Translations under genes and position numbers: made by a program | Notes under the pieces: model-generated | The model's input: only the letters and a program-made list of their open reading frames with translations | Database searches by the model: none | What the model was told of the DNA's origin: nothing | Shown here: piece after piece, positions 49,077 through 57,000 of the stretch | Layout of the letters: every line of letters starts with the position of its first letter | How positions within the stretch are numbered: position 1 is the stretch's first letter | DNA from: Candidatus Poribacteria bacterium | GTDB lineage: Bacteria > Poribacteria > WGA-4E > WGA-3G | Assembly (NCBI GenBank): GCA_965214095.1 | Contig: OZ243938.1 | Span: 224,001-288,000, forward strand | DNA length: 64,000 nucleotides | Direction: 5' to 3'

Positions 49077-49900
49077 CTTGCATACAATCTGATGACTGTC
49101 CCTAAGTTAAACCTAACAAGTAACGCGGTTGATACCTTACGGATCGGAAATAACCCATTAGTTGTTGGACTTACTCGCTTAGGTTTTCCAATCTTGATGT
49201 CATTAAATCCGTGTTTATGTAGCAATTTTGATAATGAACGCACCGAGAAATAGTAGAGATGATCTTTTGGATGAACGTAATGCCAATCCGCTTTATGAAG
49301 TCTACTCTGCAATCCTTCCCCGTTTGGCACTTCAATGACTAATGTGCCTGCATTTCCATTATTGGTTTTAGGTTTCAGAATGCGCCGCAACTCACTGAGA
49401 AACGGGTTCAGTTCAGAGATATGTTCCAAGACATGGAAAAGAGTGATTACATTGAAATGTGCAGTAGGATAATCTGCATCAAAAATGTCCCCACAATGCA
49501 CATCCAGATTATGTACATTCTGAGCAAAATCACAACCACTTTTTGATGGATCAATACCTTGTGTCTCCCATCCTTGTTCACTCGCGAGGTGAAGGAACGT
49601 TCCAATCCCACACCCTACATCAAGGAGTCTCGCTTTACTACCGTGAAGTTTCTCTAATTCTGAAAGACGTTCCGACATCTGCAACCATTCCATACTATCC
49701 GTATGAATACGTTCTACTTTCTCTTGTGGATAATAAGTCTCAACATAACCTTTTTCAAGTGATTGATGATCAATCCGAGGATTCACATATCGCAGCCGAC
49801 ACTTTTGGCAGATTAGTATAGATAATGAATCTTTGGTAAAGAGCAACTCCGTCTCATTCTGTTCACAAATAGGGCAGTCAATATGTTCTAAAGTACTCAT
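49073..49900 (-). CDS. Class I SAM-dependent methyltransferase with N-terminal Zn-binding motif
   Basis: CPIC..CQKC, LLDVGCGIG, FHVLEH, EVPN, HLYYFS. Confidence 0.85.
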   Translation of the reverse strand: MSTLEHIDCPICEQNETELLFTKDSLSILICQKCRLRYVNPRIDHQSLEKGYVETYYPQEKVERIHTDSMEWLQMSERLSELEKLHGSKARLLDVGCGIGTFLHLASEQGWETQGIDPSKSGCDFAQNVHNLDVHCGDIFDADYPTAHFNVITLFHVLEHISELNPFLSELRRILKPKTNNGNAGTLVIEVPNGEGLQSRLHKADWHYVHPKDHLYYFSVRSLSKLLHKHGFNDIKIGKPKRVSPTTNGLFPIRKVSTALLVRFNLGTVIRLYAS

Positions 49901-49924
49901 AAATCTTACCGGTAATGCTGCAGA

Positions 49925-50896
49925 CTAAAAGAGCGGGAGTCCTAAGGCTTCTACATATACAGAATATAAAGATTGACTCCCCGTCATAAAGAGTCTATTT
50001 CGCTTTACACCACCGAAACACAGATTAGAACAGATTTCTGGTAGGTGTATTTTCCCAATCAGTGTGCCATCAGGGGAAAATATGTGAACACCGTCATAGC
50101 CGTCACCTACCCAACCTGCACTTGCCCATAAATTTCCATCAATATCGCATCGTATCCCATCAGCAATGCCTGGAGACATATCGCAGAATGTGCGTTTGTT
50201 GACTAAAGTATCTCCATTTTCTATATCAAAGACATATATGTTTCTGGGTGTACCCTCTTTGTGCGTAACTCCTGTGTCAACTATATACAGTTTATCGTAA
50301 TTTGGAGAGAAACAGATACCGTTTGGTTTTTCCAGTTCGTCTGTAACTACGGTTGCTTCACCTGTATCTGGGTCAAGACGATATACAGACGTTGGCAGAT
50401 CAAACTCCGCAATATGGCCTTCGTAATTGAGCATAATACCATATCCTGGGTCTGTGAACCATATATTACCATCAGGATGAACAGCGACATCATTCGGTGC
50501 GTTTAGTCTTTTACCGTTGAAGATGTCAATTAGTACGGTTACCGTTCCATCATATTCAGTCCGGGTGACACGACGCGTGCCATGTTCACAACTAATGAGT
50601 CTTCCTTGCCGATCTCTGGTATGACCGTTACTATAATTTGATGGTTTGCGATAGACACTGACTTTCCCGTTTGCTTCTTCCCATTTCAAAATACGGTTAT
50701 TTGGTATATCACTCCATAAGAGATAGCCTCCATCCCCAAACCAGACAGGTCCTTCTGACCATCTTGCCCCTGTCCACAAGCGTTCAACAACGGAATTACC
50801 TATTTTGTATTTAGCAAACCGACTGTCAATAACTTCAATTGCTGGATCAGGGTAACGTGTTATTGTTCCATCCCATTTTCTAACTGATTCCTTCAT
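49925..50896 (-). CDS. SMP-30/gluconolactonase family protein
   Basis: WSEGPVW, SDIPNN, NAPND, PNGICFSP, ADGIRCD. Likely start 50896. Confidence 0.9.
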   Translation of the reverse strand: MKESVRKWDGTITRYPDPAIEVIDSRFAKYKIGNSVVERLWTGARWSEGPVWFGDGGYLLWSDIPNNRILKWEEANGKVSVYRKPSNYSNGHTRDRQGRLISCEHGTRRVTRTEYDGTVTVLIDIFNGKRLNAPNDVAVHPDGNIWFTDPGYGIMLNYEGHIAEFDLPTSVYRLDPDTGEATVVTDELEKPNGICFSPNYDKLYIVDTGVTHKEGTPRNIYVFDIENGDTLVNKRTFCDMSPGIADGIRCDIDGNLWASAGWVGDGYDGVHIFSPDGTLIGKIHLPEICSNLCFGGVKRNRLFMTGSQSLYSVYVEALGLPLF

Positions 50897-51038
50897 TATT
50901 GTTCCTCCAGAATTCGCATGTCTTACTATATAGTATAGCATGGATTGTTTGTGTGATGAATAGAATTTATCGGAGACGCAGGGTTATTTGGTTTTCGGTT
51001 TATCTTATGTTTTTTTCACAAATGCTAAATGTCCCAAG

Positions 51039-51160
51039 CCGGTAGGTGCGGTTCCTAACCAATGCAGAATACCATACGCGTATTCTGCCGAATTTGTGAT
51101 AAAACCTTTCATAGTCAGTTTTATTGTGGGTTCCGGTGCGGTTAGGAAACCGCACCTACC
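51039..51160. repeat. Inverted REP pair; the left copy is interrupted by a second hairpin
   Basis: GTAGGTGCGGTTCCTAACC (51042-51060), GCAGAATAC / GTATTCTGC (51064-51088), GGTGCGGTTAGGAAACCGCACCTAC (51135-51159). Confidence 0.65.
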
Positions 51161-51304
51161 TTCTTGGGTATTAACTTTTAGCAAATCTCTATTTTGGAAA
51201 ATACTTAAAACTAAATAACCCTGGATTATCTTACCAATTTAGGTATTATAAGTGGTATAATATTAGAGTACGAAATTATTCGTGAAATAATAATGGAGGA
51301 AACA

Positions 51305-51541
51305 ATGCAAGAATCAACTGTCATTCAACACTTCATACAACAAGGAATCTCACAAGGAGTTCGTGAAGCAACAATTGAAGCGATACTTGAAGTTCTTGAG
51401 GTGCATTTTGAGTCTGATTCTGTCCAAACCTTGAAACCAATTCTTGGTACCATTGAAGACATTCAACAACTTAAGTATCTACTTCGTGAGGCAGCACGAG
51501 CTAAAAGCCTTGATGAATTTAAATTGATACTGCCTGAGTAG
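51305..51541 (+). CDS. Stand-alone RpnS-like small protein (Rpn C-terminal domain only)
   Basis: GGAGG-AAACA-ATG; MQESTVIQHFIQQG..ILEVL..IEDIQQL..SLDEF is homologous to 27445-27714. TGGTATAAT at 51253-51261. Confidence 0.7.
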   Translation: MQESTVIQHFIQQGISQGVREATIEAILEVLEVHFESDSVQTLKPILGTIEDIQQLKYLLREAARAKSLDEFKLILPE

Positions 51542-51551
51542 GAGGATTGAT

Positions 51552-52265
51552 ATGTTGAACCAGAACCGAAATGTTCTTATCACTGGTGGAACGGGGATAT
51601 TAGGTAGTGCAGTTACTAAAGCCTACCTTGCAAAAGATGACAATGTTGCGGTTACTTATCTTTTTGATGATGAAGTAGAACGATTCAAGCAGTATAATCC
51701 AGAAATCTATGAAGAAGTGACCTTTCTTTTTGCAAATGTAACTGAGGAGGAAGCGGTACAACAAACTATAGAAACGTTCATCAATCAATTCGGACATCTT
51801 GATATATTAGTAAATATTGTTGGTGGATTTGTCGGTGGAATTCCAGCTGCTGAACTTGAACAAGACAGATGGGATTTTATGATGAACCTAAATCTGAAAT
51901 CTGTTTTTCTATGTTGCAAAGCGGTTCTTCCACACATGGTAGAACGGAGTTTTGGTAAGATTGTAAATGTATCAGCGCGTGCGGGTTTGAAAGGTGAGGC
52001 TGGTTTGAGTGCATACTGTGTATCAAAAGGTGGAGTGCGTACCCTTACAGAATCGTTAGCTGCCGAGGTAATGGATTCTGGTATCAATGTCAACTGCATC
52101 ATGCCGAGTATAATGGATACACCCATGAATCGAGAAGCAATGCCTGATGAAGATCATAGTCGTTGGGTGAAAACTGATGATGTTGCGAGAGTAATCTCCT
52201 TCCTGACATCAGATGATGCTTCCATTATCAACGGTGCTGCTATTCCTGTATATGGGCGGGCATAG
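51552..52265 (+). CDS. SDR family oxidoreductase
   Basis: TGGTGILG, NIVGG, YCVSK (YxxxK), PSIMDTP. Confidence 0.9.
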   Translation: MLNQNRNVLITGGTGILGSAVTKAYLAKDDNVAVTYLFDDEVERFKQYNPEIYEEVTFLFANVTEEEAVQQTIETFINQFGHLDILVNIVGGFVGGIPAAELEQDRWDFMMNLNLKSVFLCCKAVLPHMVERSFGKIVNVSARAGLKGEAGLSAYCVSKGGVRTLTESLAAEVMDSGINVNCIMPSIMDTPMNREAMPDEDHSRWVKTDDVARVISFLTSDDASIINGAAIPVYGRA

Positions 52266-52374
52266 ATAAGTAATACTACATCGTATTTCATAAATACCTA
52301 TCGAGTTGTTTTTCATTTTAAACGTAAATCATCTCTGTTGAACTATTCTATTCTGCTATGAGTAAGGAGATGTT

Positions 52375-53988
52375 TTGAATAGTGTGTTCTTTAAATTCAT
52401 AAGTATACTCTTCTTCTGCATTTTTCTTGTCTGTAATGGATATACTGCTGAAATTCAGTTCATAGATGTTACAGAAGCAGCAGGTATCCACTTTCAGCAT
52501 GCAGGTGGAATTGACCATCACGTGGTGCCAGCATTGGTTGGTTCTGGTGCAGCATGGCGAGATTATGATAATAATGGAACGCTTGATCTTTATATCGGAA
52601 ACAGCACCGCAGTCAGACCTGAACCGGATACTGTCCTACCAAGTAACATTTTGTACCGAAACAACGGAGATGGCACATTTACAGATGTGACAGATATCGC
52701 AGGGGTCGGTGATACTGGTTGGGGAATGGGATGTGCTTTTGCTGATTATGACAACGACGGTGATGCAGATCTTTACGTCACAAACTATAAGGAGAACGTC
52801 TTCTATTTAAACATGGGAGATGCAACTTTCAAAAAGTTCACATCAGGGGCAGGAGGTATTGGACATAAAGGGTTTGGATCTGGGGTTGCATGGGGAGATT
52901 TTGATACAGATGGATTCCTTGAACTTTATGTTGGCAATTATATTGAATATACCAAAGTTCCTCAAGGAGATGAGGTGTTTTTCCCTTACGATTTTTTTGG
53001 GCAAAACAATGTCCTTTATCTGAATAAAGGTGACGGTAGTTTTATTGATATTACCGATTCTGCTAAAGCAAATGGTGGGTTTCACTTGACACTCGGTGTC
53101 GCCGCAGCAGACTATGACAATGACAATGACTTAGACATATATATCGCTAACGACTCGGATCAAAACATCCTATATCGCAACGATAGTGAAATGACGTTTA
53201 TGAATACAAATCAACCGAATGCAAGAAGTCGCACAGGAGATATTCGTGGCGGGATGGGTATTGCTTGGGGAGATTATGACAATGATGGTGCTTTAGACCT
53301 ATTCGTTACAAACTGGCTTGATGAAAACAACGTCCTCTACAGAAATAACGGAGATGGTACATTCACTGATGTATCCACAAAAAGCGGTGTTTTTGAATCT
53401 GGACTTGGTAAGACATGCTGGGGAACGGTATTTTTTGATATGGACAACGACACAGATTTAGATCTGTTTTTCTCCGCAGGTCATATTGACCCTGCAACTT
53501 GGGAAAATCACGGTCAACAGGACGTTCTCATGCAGAATAATGGAGATGGCACATTCACCAACATATCCGAACAAGCTGGACTCCGACAGTTTGAATCACC
53601 GGGGGTTGGCAGAGGAGTCGCTGCTACAGACTATGATGCTGATGGAGATGTAGACCTATTTATCGTAAATAGTGGTGAGAAACCGCGGTTACTTCAAAAT
53701 AACGGTGGAAACAAACTGAATTGGTTGCATATACGCACTGTCGGTGTAGAGAGTAACCGCGATGGGATTGGTACTCGCATCAAAGTTATCACTGGTGATA
53801 CATATCAAATCCGTGAAGTCGCTTCTGGAAGCAGCTACCTATCACAACACAGTCCTGAAGTAGAATTTGGACTTGGAAACCATAAAATCGTTGATAAGAT
53901 TATTCTAAAATGGCCGAGTGGTACTGAACAAACTCTAACAAATATTGCTGTGAATCAAATGCTTATAATAACAGAAAAAGTAGATTGA
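52375..53988 (+). CDS. CRTAC1/ASPIC-UnbV family FG-GAP repeat protein
   Basis: Repeated DYDNDG..DL and YRNNGDGTFTDV; C-terminal SNRDGIG..SYLSQ..FGLG..WPSG. Confidence 0.9.
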   Translation: MNSVFFKFISILFFCIFLVCNGYTAEIQFIDVTEAAGIHFQHAGGIDHHVVPALVGSGAAWRDYDNNGTLDLYIGNSTAVRPEPDTVLPSNILYRNNGDGTFTDVTDIAGVGDTGWGMGCAFADYDNDGDADLYVTNYKENVFYLNMGDATFKKFTSGAGGIGHKGFGSGVAWGDFDTDGFLELYVGNYIEYTKVPQGDEVFFPYDFFGQNNVLYLNKGDGSFIDITDSAKANGGFHLTLGVAAADYDNDNDLDIYIANDSDQNILYRNDSEMTFMNTNQPNARSRTGDIRGGMGIAWGDYDNDGALDLFVTNWLDENNVLYRNNGDGTFTDVSTKSGVFESGLGKTCWGTVFFDMDNDTDLDLFFSAGHIDPATWENHGQQDVLMQNNGDGTFTNISEQAGLRQFESPGVGRGVAATDYDADGDVDLFIVNSGEKPRLLQNNGGNKLNWLHIRTVGVESNRDGIGTRIKVITGDTYQIREVASGSSYLSQHSPEVEFGLGNHKIVDKIILKWPSGTEQTLTNIAVNQMLIITEKVD

Positions 53989-54041
53989 GATAACGAATTG
54001 CAAAGGAAATAACATAGTTTGAAGTAGATAAAACAAAATTA

Positions 54042-54119
54042 TTGACATTTTTTAAGTAATTTTGTATGATTCCTTTCAATATTTATGCTAATGAAATAAT
54101 CAGAGTAACTCTGATTATT
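54042..54119 (+). promoter_or_regulatory. sigma70 promoter followed by a perfect palindrome (operator-like)
   Basis: TTGACA (54042)-N17-TATGAT; AATAATCAGAGT-A-ACTCTGATTATT (54095-54119). Confidence 0.6.
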
Positions 54120-54162
54120 CTGTAAATGAATATAAACAGAATTTCCAATAAAGGAGAATATA

Positions 54163-54810
54163 ATGCACAGAAAGTTAATAATCTGCCTATGTATATTACT
54201 TATTACAGTGCTAATTCACGATGCGATGCCTGCAGAAGAGATTCGTGTGATTGGCGGTGTAAATAATGATTATAAAGATGCGGATGGACGTTTATGGTAC
54301 TCTGGACAGAAAGAGAAACAAGACTGGGGTGGTTGGATTACGTTACTACCACGGACAGCAGCGGAGGCAGTACTTACTGCAGACGCAAAAAAGTTAGCTA
54401 AAGAGGAAGGTTATGATGAGGTCATCTTCCATGCTGTAAGTTGGGCACAATTTCCAGCAATCGTTGAAGTTGATTTGAACACTGGAAAAGGATTTTTTGA
54501 CGTGACCTATCTCGTCGGTGAGCATTGGTCCCCGAAAAACCGAGGATTTGATATAATCATTGAAGACGAAGTGGTAGAAGCACTCTATGTCACGCCAGGT
54601 GATAATGAGATTGACATTAAACGTTACGAAGGCATTGAAGTTAAGGACAAAGTAATGAGTCTCGTTTTCGCTGGTAATAAAGAGACTGGGGCAGGTGACC
54701 TTAACGCAATGTTCAGTGGAATTGAAGTTGTTCCATCCAAATTAGATGTTGACCCAAAACAGAAACTAACTACAACTTGGGGTGCTCTTAAAGGGCAACA
54801 CCAAGACTAA
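54163..54810 (+). CDS. Secreted malectin-like carbohydrate-binding protein
   Basis: Signal peptide; GG..DYKDADGRLW, EHW..RGFDIIIE, NAMFSGIEV; C-terminal VDPKQKLTTTWGALK. Confidence 0.7.
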   Translation: MHRKLIICLCILLITVLIHDAMPAEEIRVIGGVNNDYKDADGRLWYSGQKEKQDWGGWITLLPRTAAEAVLTADAKKLAKEEGYDEVIFHAVSWAQFPAIVEVDLNTGKGFFDVTYLVGEHWSPKNRGFDIIIEDEVVEALYVTPGDNEIDIKRYEGIEVKDKVMSLVFAGNKETGAGDLNAMFSGIEVVPSKLDVDPKQKLTTTWGALKGQHQD

Positions 54811-54826
54811 CCTAATGGAGATAAAA

Positions 54827-55471
54827 ATGAGATTTTTGAGTATTTTGACTTTAACGCTGTTTATTGCGGCTGCATTGTTACCGTGCTTACTCTCTGCTGA
54901 GGAATATCGTGCCCGTGGTGGTACTGCGGATGACTATACTGACTCACAAGGACGTGTGTGGTATGGTGCACAAAAAACTGACCAAGACTGGGGTGGATGG
55001 ATTGAAACCGAACCACGCACTGCCGCATCCGCTAATCTAACAGATGACGCGAAGGCACAAGCACAAGAAGCAGGTTACGATGAAGTCCTCTTCCATGCAG
55101 TCAGTTGGGCGCAATCCCCTGCCACCGTCAAGTATCAATTCAAAACTGGCAATGGCTTTTTTGACGTGACCTATCTCGTCGGTGAGCATTGGTCCCCAAA
55201 CAACCGAGGTTTTGATATTTTCATTGAAGACGAAGTCGTTGAAGCACTATATGTCACACCCGGTAGGGATGAAATTGACATCAAGACCTACAATGGTATT
55301 GAAGTTACTGATGAAACACTTGATTTCAACTTTGTAGGAAATGAAGAAACTGGTGCAGGCGACCTTAACCCAATGTTCAGTGCGCTTGAAGCTGTAGAAA
55401 GTGCTGCTACTGCTGTTGACCCCAAGGCAAAGTTAACAACCACATGGGGTGCGTTGAAAAGTAATCGATAA
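54827..55471 (+). CDS. Secreted malectin-like protein (tandem paralogue)
   Basis: Start ATG 54827 after GGAG; same motifs; C-terminal AVDPKAKLTTTWGALK. Confidence 0.7.
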   Translation: MRFLSILTLTLFIAAALLPCLLSAEEYRARGGTADDYTDSQGRVWYGAQKTDQDWGGWIETEPRTAASANLTDDAKAQAQEAGYDEVLFHAVSWAQSPATVKYQFKTGNGFFDVTYLVGEHWSPNNRGFDIFIEDEVVEALYVTPGRDEIDIKTYNGIEVTDETLDFNFVGNEETGAGDLNPMFSALEAVESAATAVDPKAKLTTTWGALKSNR

Positions 55472-55493
55472 TAAACGAGAATATAATATTCAA

Positions 55494-55530
55494 GAAAATA
55501 CCCACGGTGTTTTTCAGCCGTGGGTATTTC
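55494..55530. terminator. Intrinsic terminator-like hairpin
   Basis: AAATACCCACGG / CCGTGGGTATTT. Confidence 0.6.
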
Positions 55531-55569
55531 ACGTACGGATTTGTGCTATTATACCAGCAAAGATGACAC

Positions 55570-55960
55570 TTTATTCTGGTTCAGGTATCGTCAGGTCACC
55601 GTTCAATATCGTAGGACACCAGAACTTCTCAATATATTCAATGTTCGACCGCGTCCCTCTTCATGACTAACATAAAGCGGTTTGAAGTATACATCGTATC
55701 TGTCAAATCATGCACTAAAACAGCGTTGAAACCCCACTTTACCATTTTTCTAATGGCAAGGAACAACCCAGCATACACATATTTGATGAATTCCCATAAA
55801 TATCAGGTTCTGAATGTTTTTATGAGCAAGCTATACACTTCCTGTCCATTGTCACTGATTACATTACCTGCATCAATTTCTATGACTGGGTGTTGTTGGT
55901 GCCATACCCCATATATTTTTGTCTCACCCGTGCCTGAACCACCATATATATCATTTCACA
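55570..55960 (-). pseudogene. Decayed isochorismatase/cysteine hydrolase-family gene
   Basis: Frame-shifting fragments: QHPVIEID..VISDNGQEVY; NMCMLG; AIRKMVKWGFNAVLVHDLTDTMY; YVSHEEG; IEYIEKFWCPTI. Boundaries approximate. Confidence 0.65.
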
Positions 55961-56000
55961 TGAGTGCTTCCCATTTATTGCCAAAAAAATAAGATTATTC

Positions 56001-56107
56001 TGCTTAAAAAATAGGCAACAAGATTGAGCAGTTAGTATATTGTACATTGAACAATATACTAACTGCTTATATTTTCTCTTTTCACAGAACTTGGCATTGA
56101 TATTGCA
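56001..56107 (+). promoter_or_regulatory. sigma54 (-24/-12) promoter with upstream NtrC-like palindrome
   Basis: TTGGCATTGATATTGCA (56091-56107, GG-N10-GC); TGCTTAAAAAATAGGCA (56001-56017, TGC-N11-GCA). Confidence 0.7.
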
Positions 56108-56182
56108 ATACCTGCTATGTCTACCTAATTGCAAATCATTATTCCCGTAATATGCGGATTTGGAAAGGTTCAATTCAATAGC

Positions 56183-56788
56183 ATGGAAGCAATCGCTGAG
56201 ACGCAACGTGTTTTAGTCGTTGATAACAAATTGGATAGAATAGAACTGCTAAAGAATGTTGTGGTTAAATCCAATAGGTACAATGTAATCGCACAAGTGT
56301 CTCTAGAACACGGTCTTATAGAACATGTCAAACAGACGAATCCAGATATCATCCTAATATGTGTTGATGTTCCTTGTGATGAGACTTTACACAAAGTTGC
56401 ATCTATTAACAATGAACACCCATGTCCGATTGTAATGTTTGCACAGGATGAACGTTCAGAGACGATTCAAAATGCAACATTGGCGGGAGTATCCGCGTAT
56501 GCTGTTGGAGAACTAAGTAAAGAACGGGTGGAAACGATTATTGAGGCAGCGATTGCTCGGTTTAAAAGGTTTAGAGAGTTGTTACAAGAACTTGAAAAGA
56601 CTAAAACGAGTCTTGCAGAACGCAAAATCATTGAACGTGCCAAGGAATTCGTTGCTCAACAACGCGGTATTACGGAGGCAGAAGCTTATCAGGCATTAAG
56701 AAAGATGGCAATGGATCGCAGAAAACGTCTTGCAGAAATCGCACAAGATGTTCTATCTGTTGCGGAAGTATTGACAAAGAAAATGTAA
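56183..56788 (+). CDS. nasT: ANTAR-domain antiterminator with receiver-like domain (NasT-like)
   Basis: PIVMF..AGVSAY, LAERKIIERAK..EAEAYQALRKMAMD ANTAR motif; upstream of nitrate assimilation genes. Likely start ATG 56183. Confidence 0.85.
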   Translation: MEAIAETQRVLVVDNKLDRIELLKNVVVKSNRYNVIAQVSLEHGLIEHVKQTNPDIILICVDVPCDETLHKVASINNEHPCPIVMFAQDERSETIQNATLAGVSAYAVGELSKERVETIIEAAIARFKRFRELLQELEKTKTSLAERKIIERAKEFVAQQRGITEAEAYQALRKMAMDRRKRLAEIAQDVLSVAEVLTKKM

Positions 56789-56924
56789 GTCGGCGTTCAA
56801 CGTTGAACAGCACGACTGATTTTATAGATAAATTTAAAGCAGTCCAACCCATGTAGGTTTGGAAACGGACATAGGTGTCCATTTGGCAAAAGCACAGCTT
56901 TACCGATGGACGCTTTTTTGTTTT
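56788..56924 (+). promoter_or_regulatory. ANTAR-responsive leader RNA with an overlapping intrinsic terminator
   Basis: Hexaloop hairpins GTTC-AACGTT-GAAC (56795-56808) and GGAC-ATAGGT-GTCC (56867-56880), both with A1/G4. The second overlaps the terminator GGTGTCCAT..ATGGACGC-TTTTTTGTTTT. Confidence 0.8.
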
Positions 56925-57000
56925 AACAATTAAATGGTAACAAGAACAATTCTGGATACAACATTAATTGAAACTATAAATCTGGAATAGGAGAATCAAG

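Noticed and set aside
441-51160. REP copies as CRISPR repeats
   Set aside because: Copies are dispersed or inverted, not a regularly spaced direct array, and there are no cas genes.
55711-55727. TGCACTAAAACAGCGTT as an NtrC site
   Set aside because: Only a half match, it lies within pseudogene coding remnants, and it is ~370 bp from the promoter.
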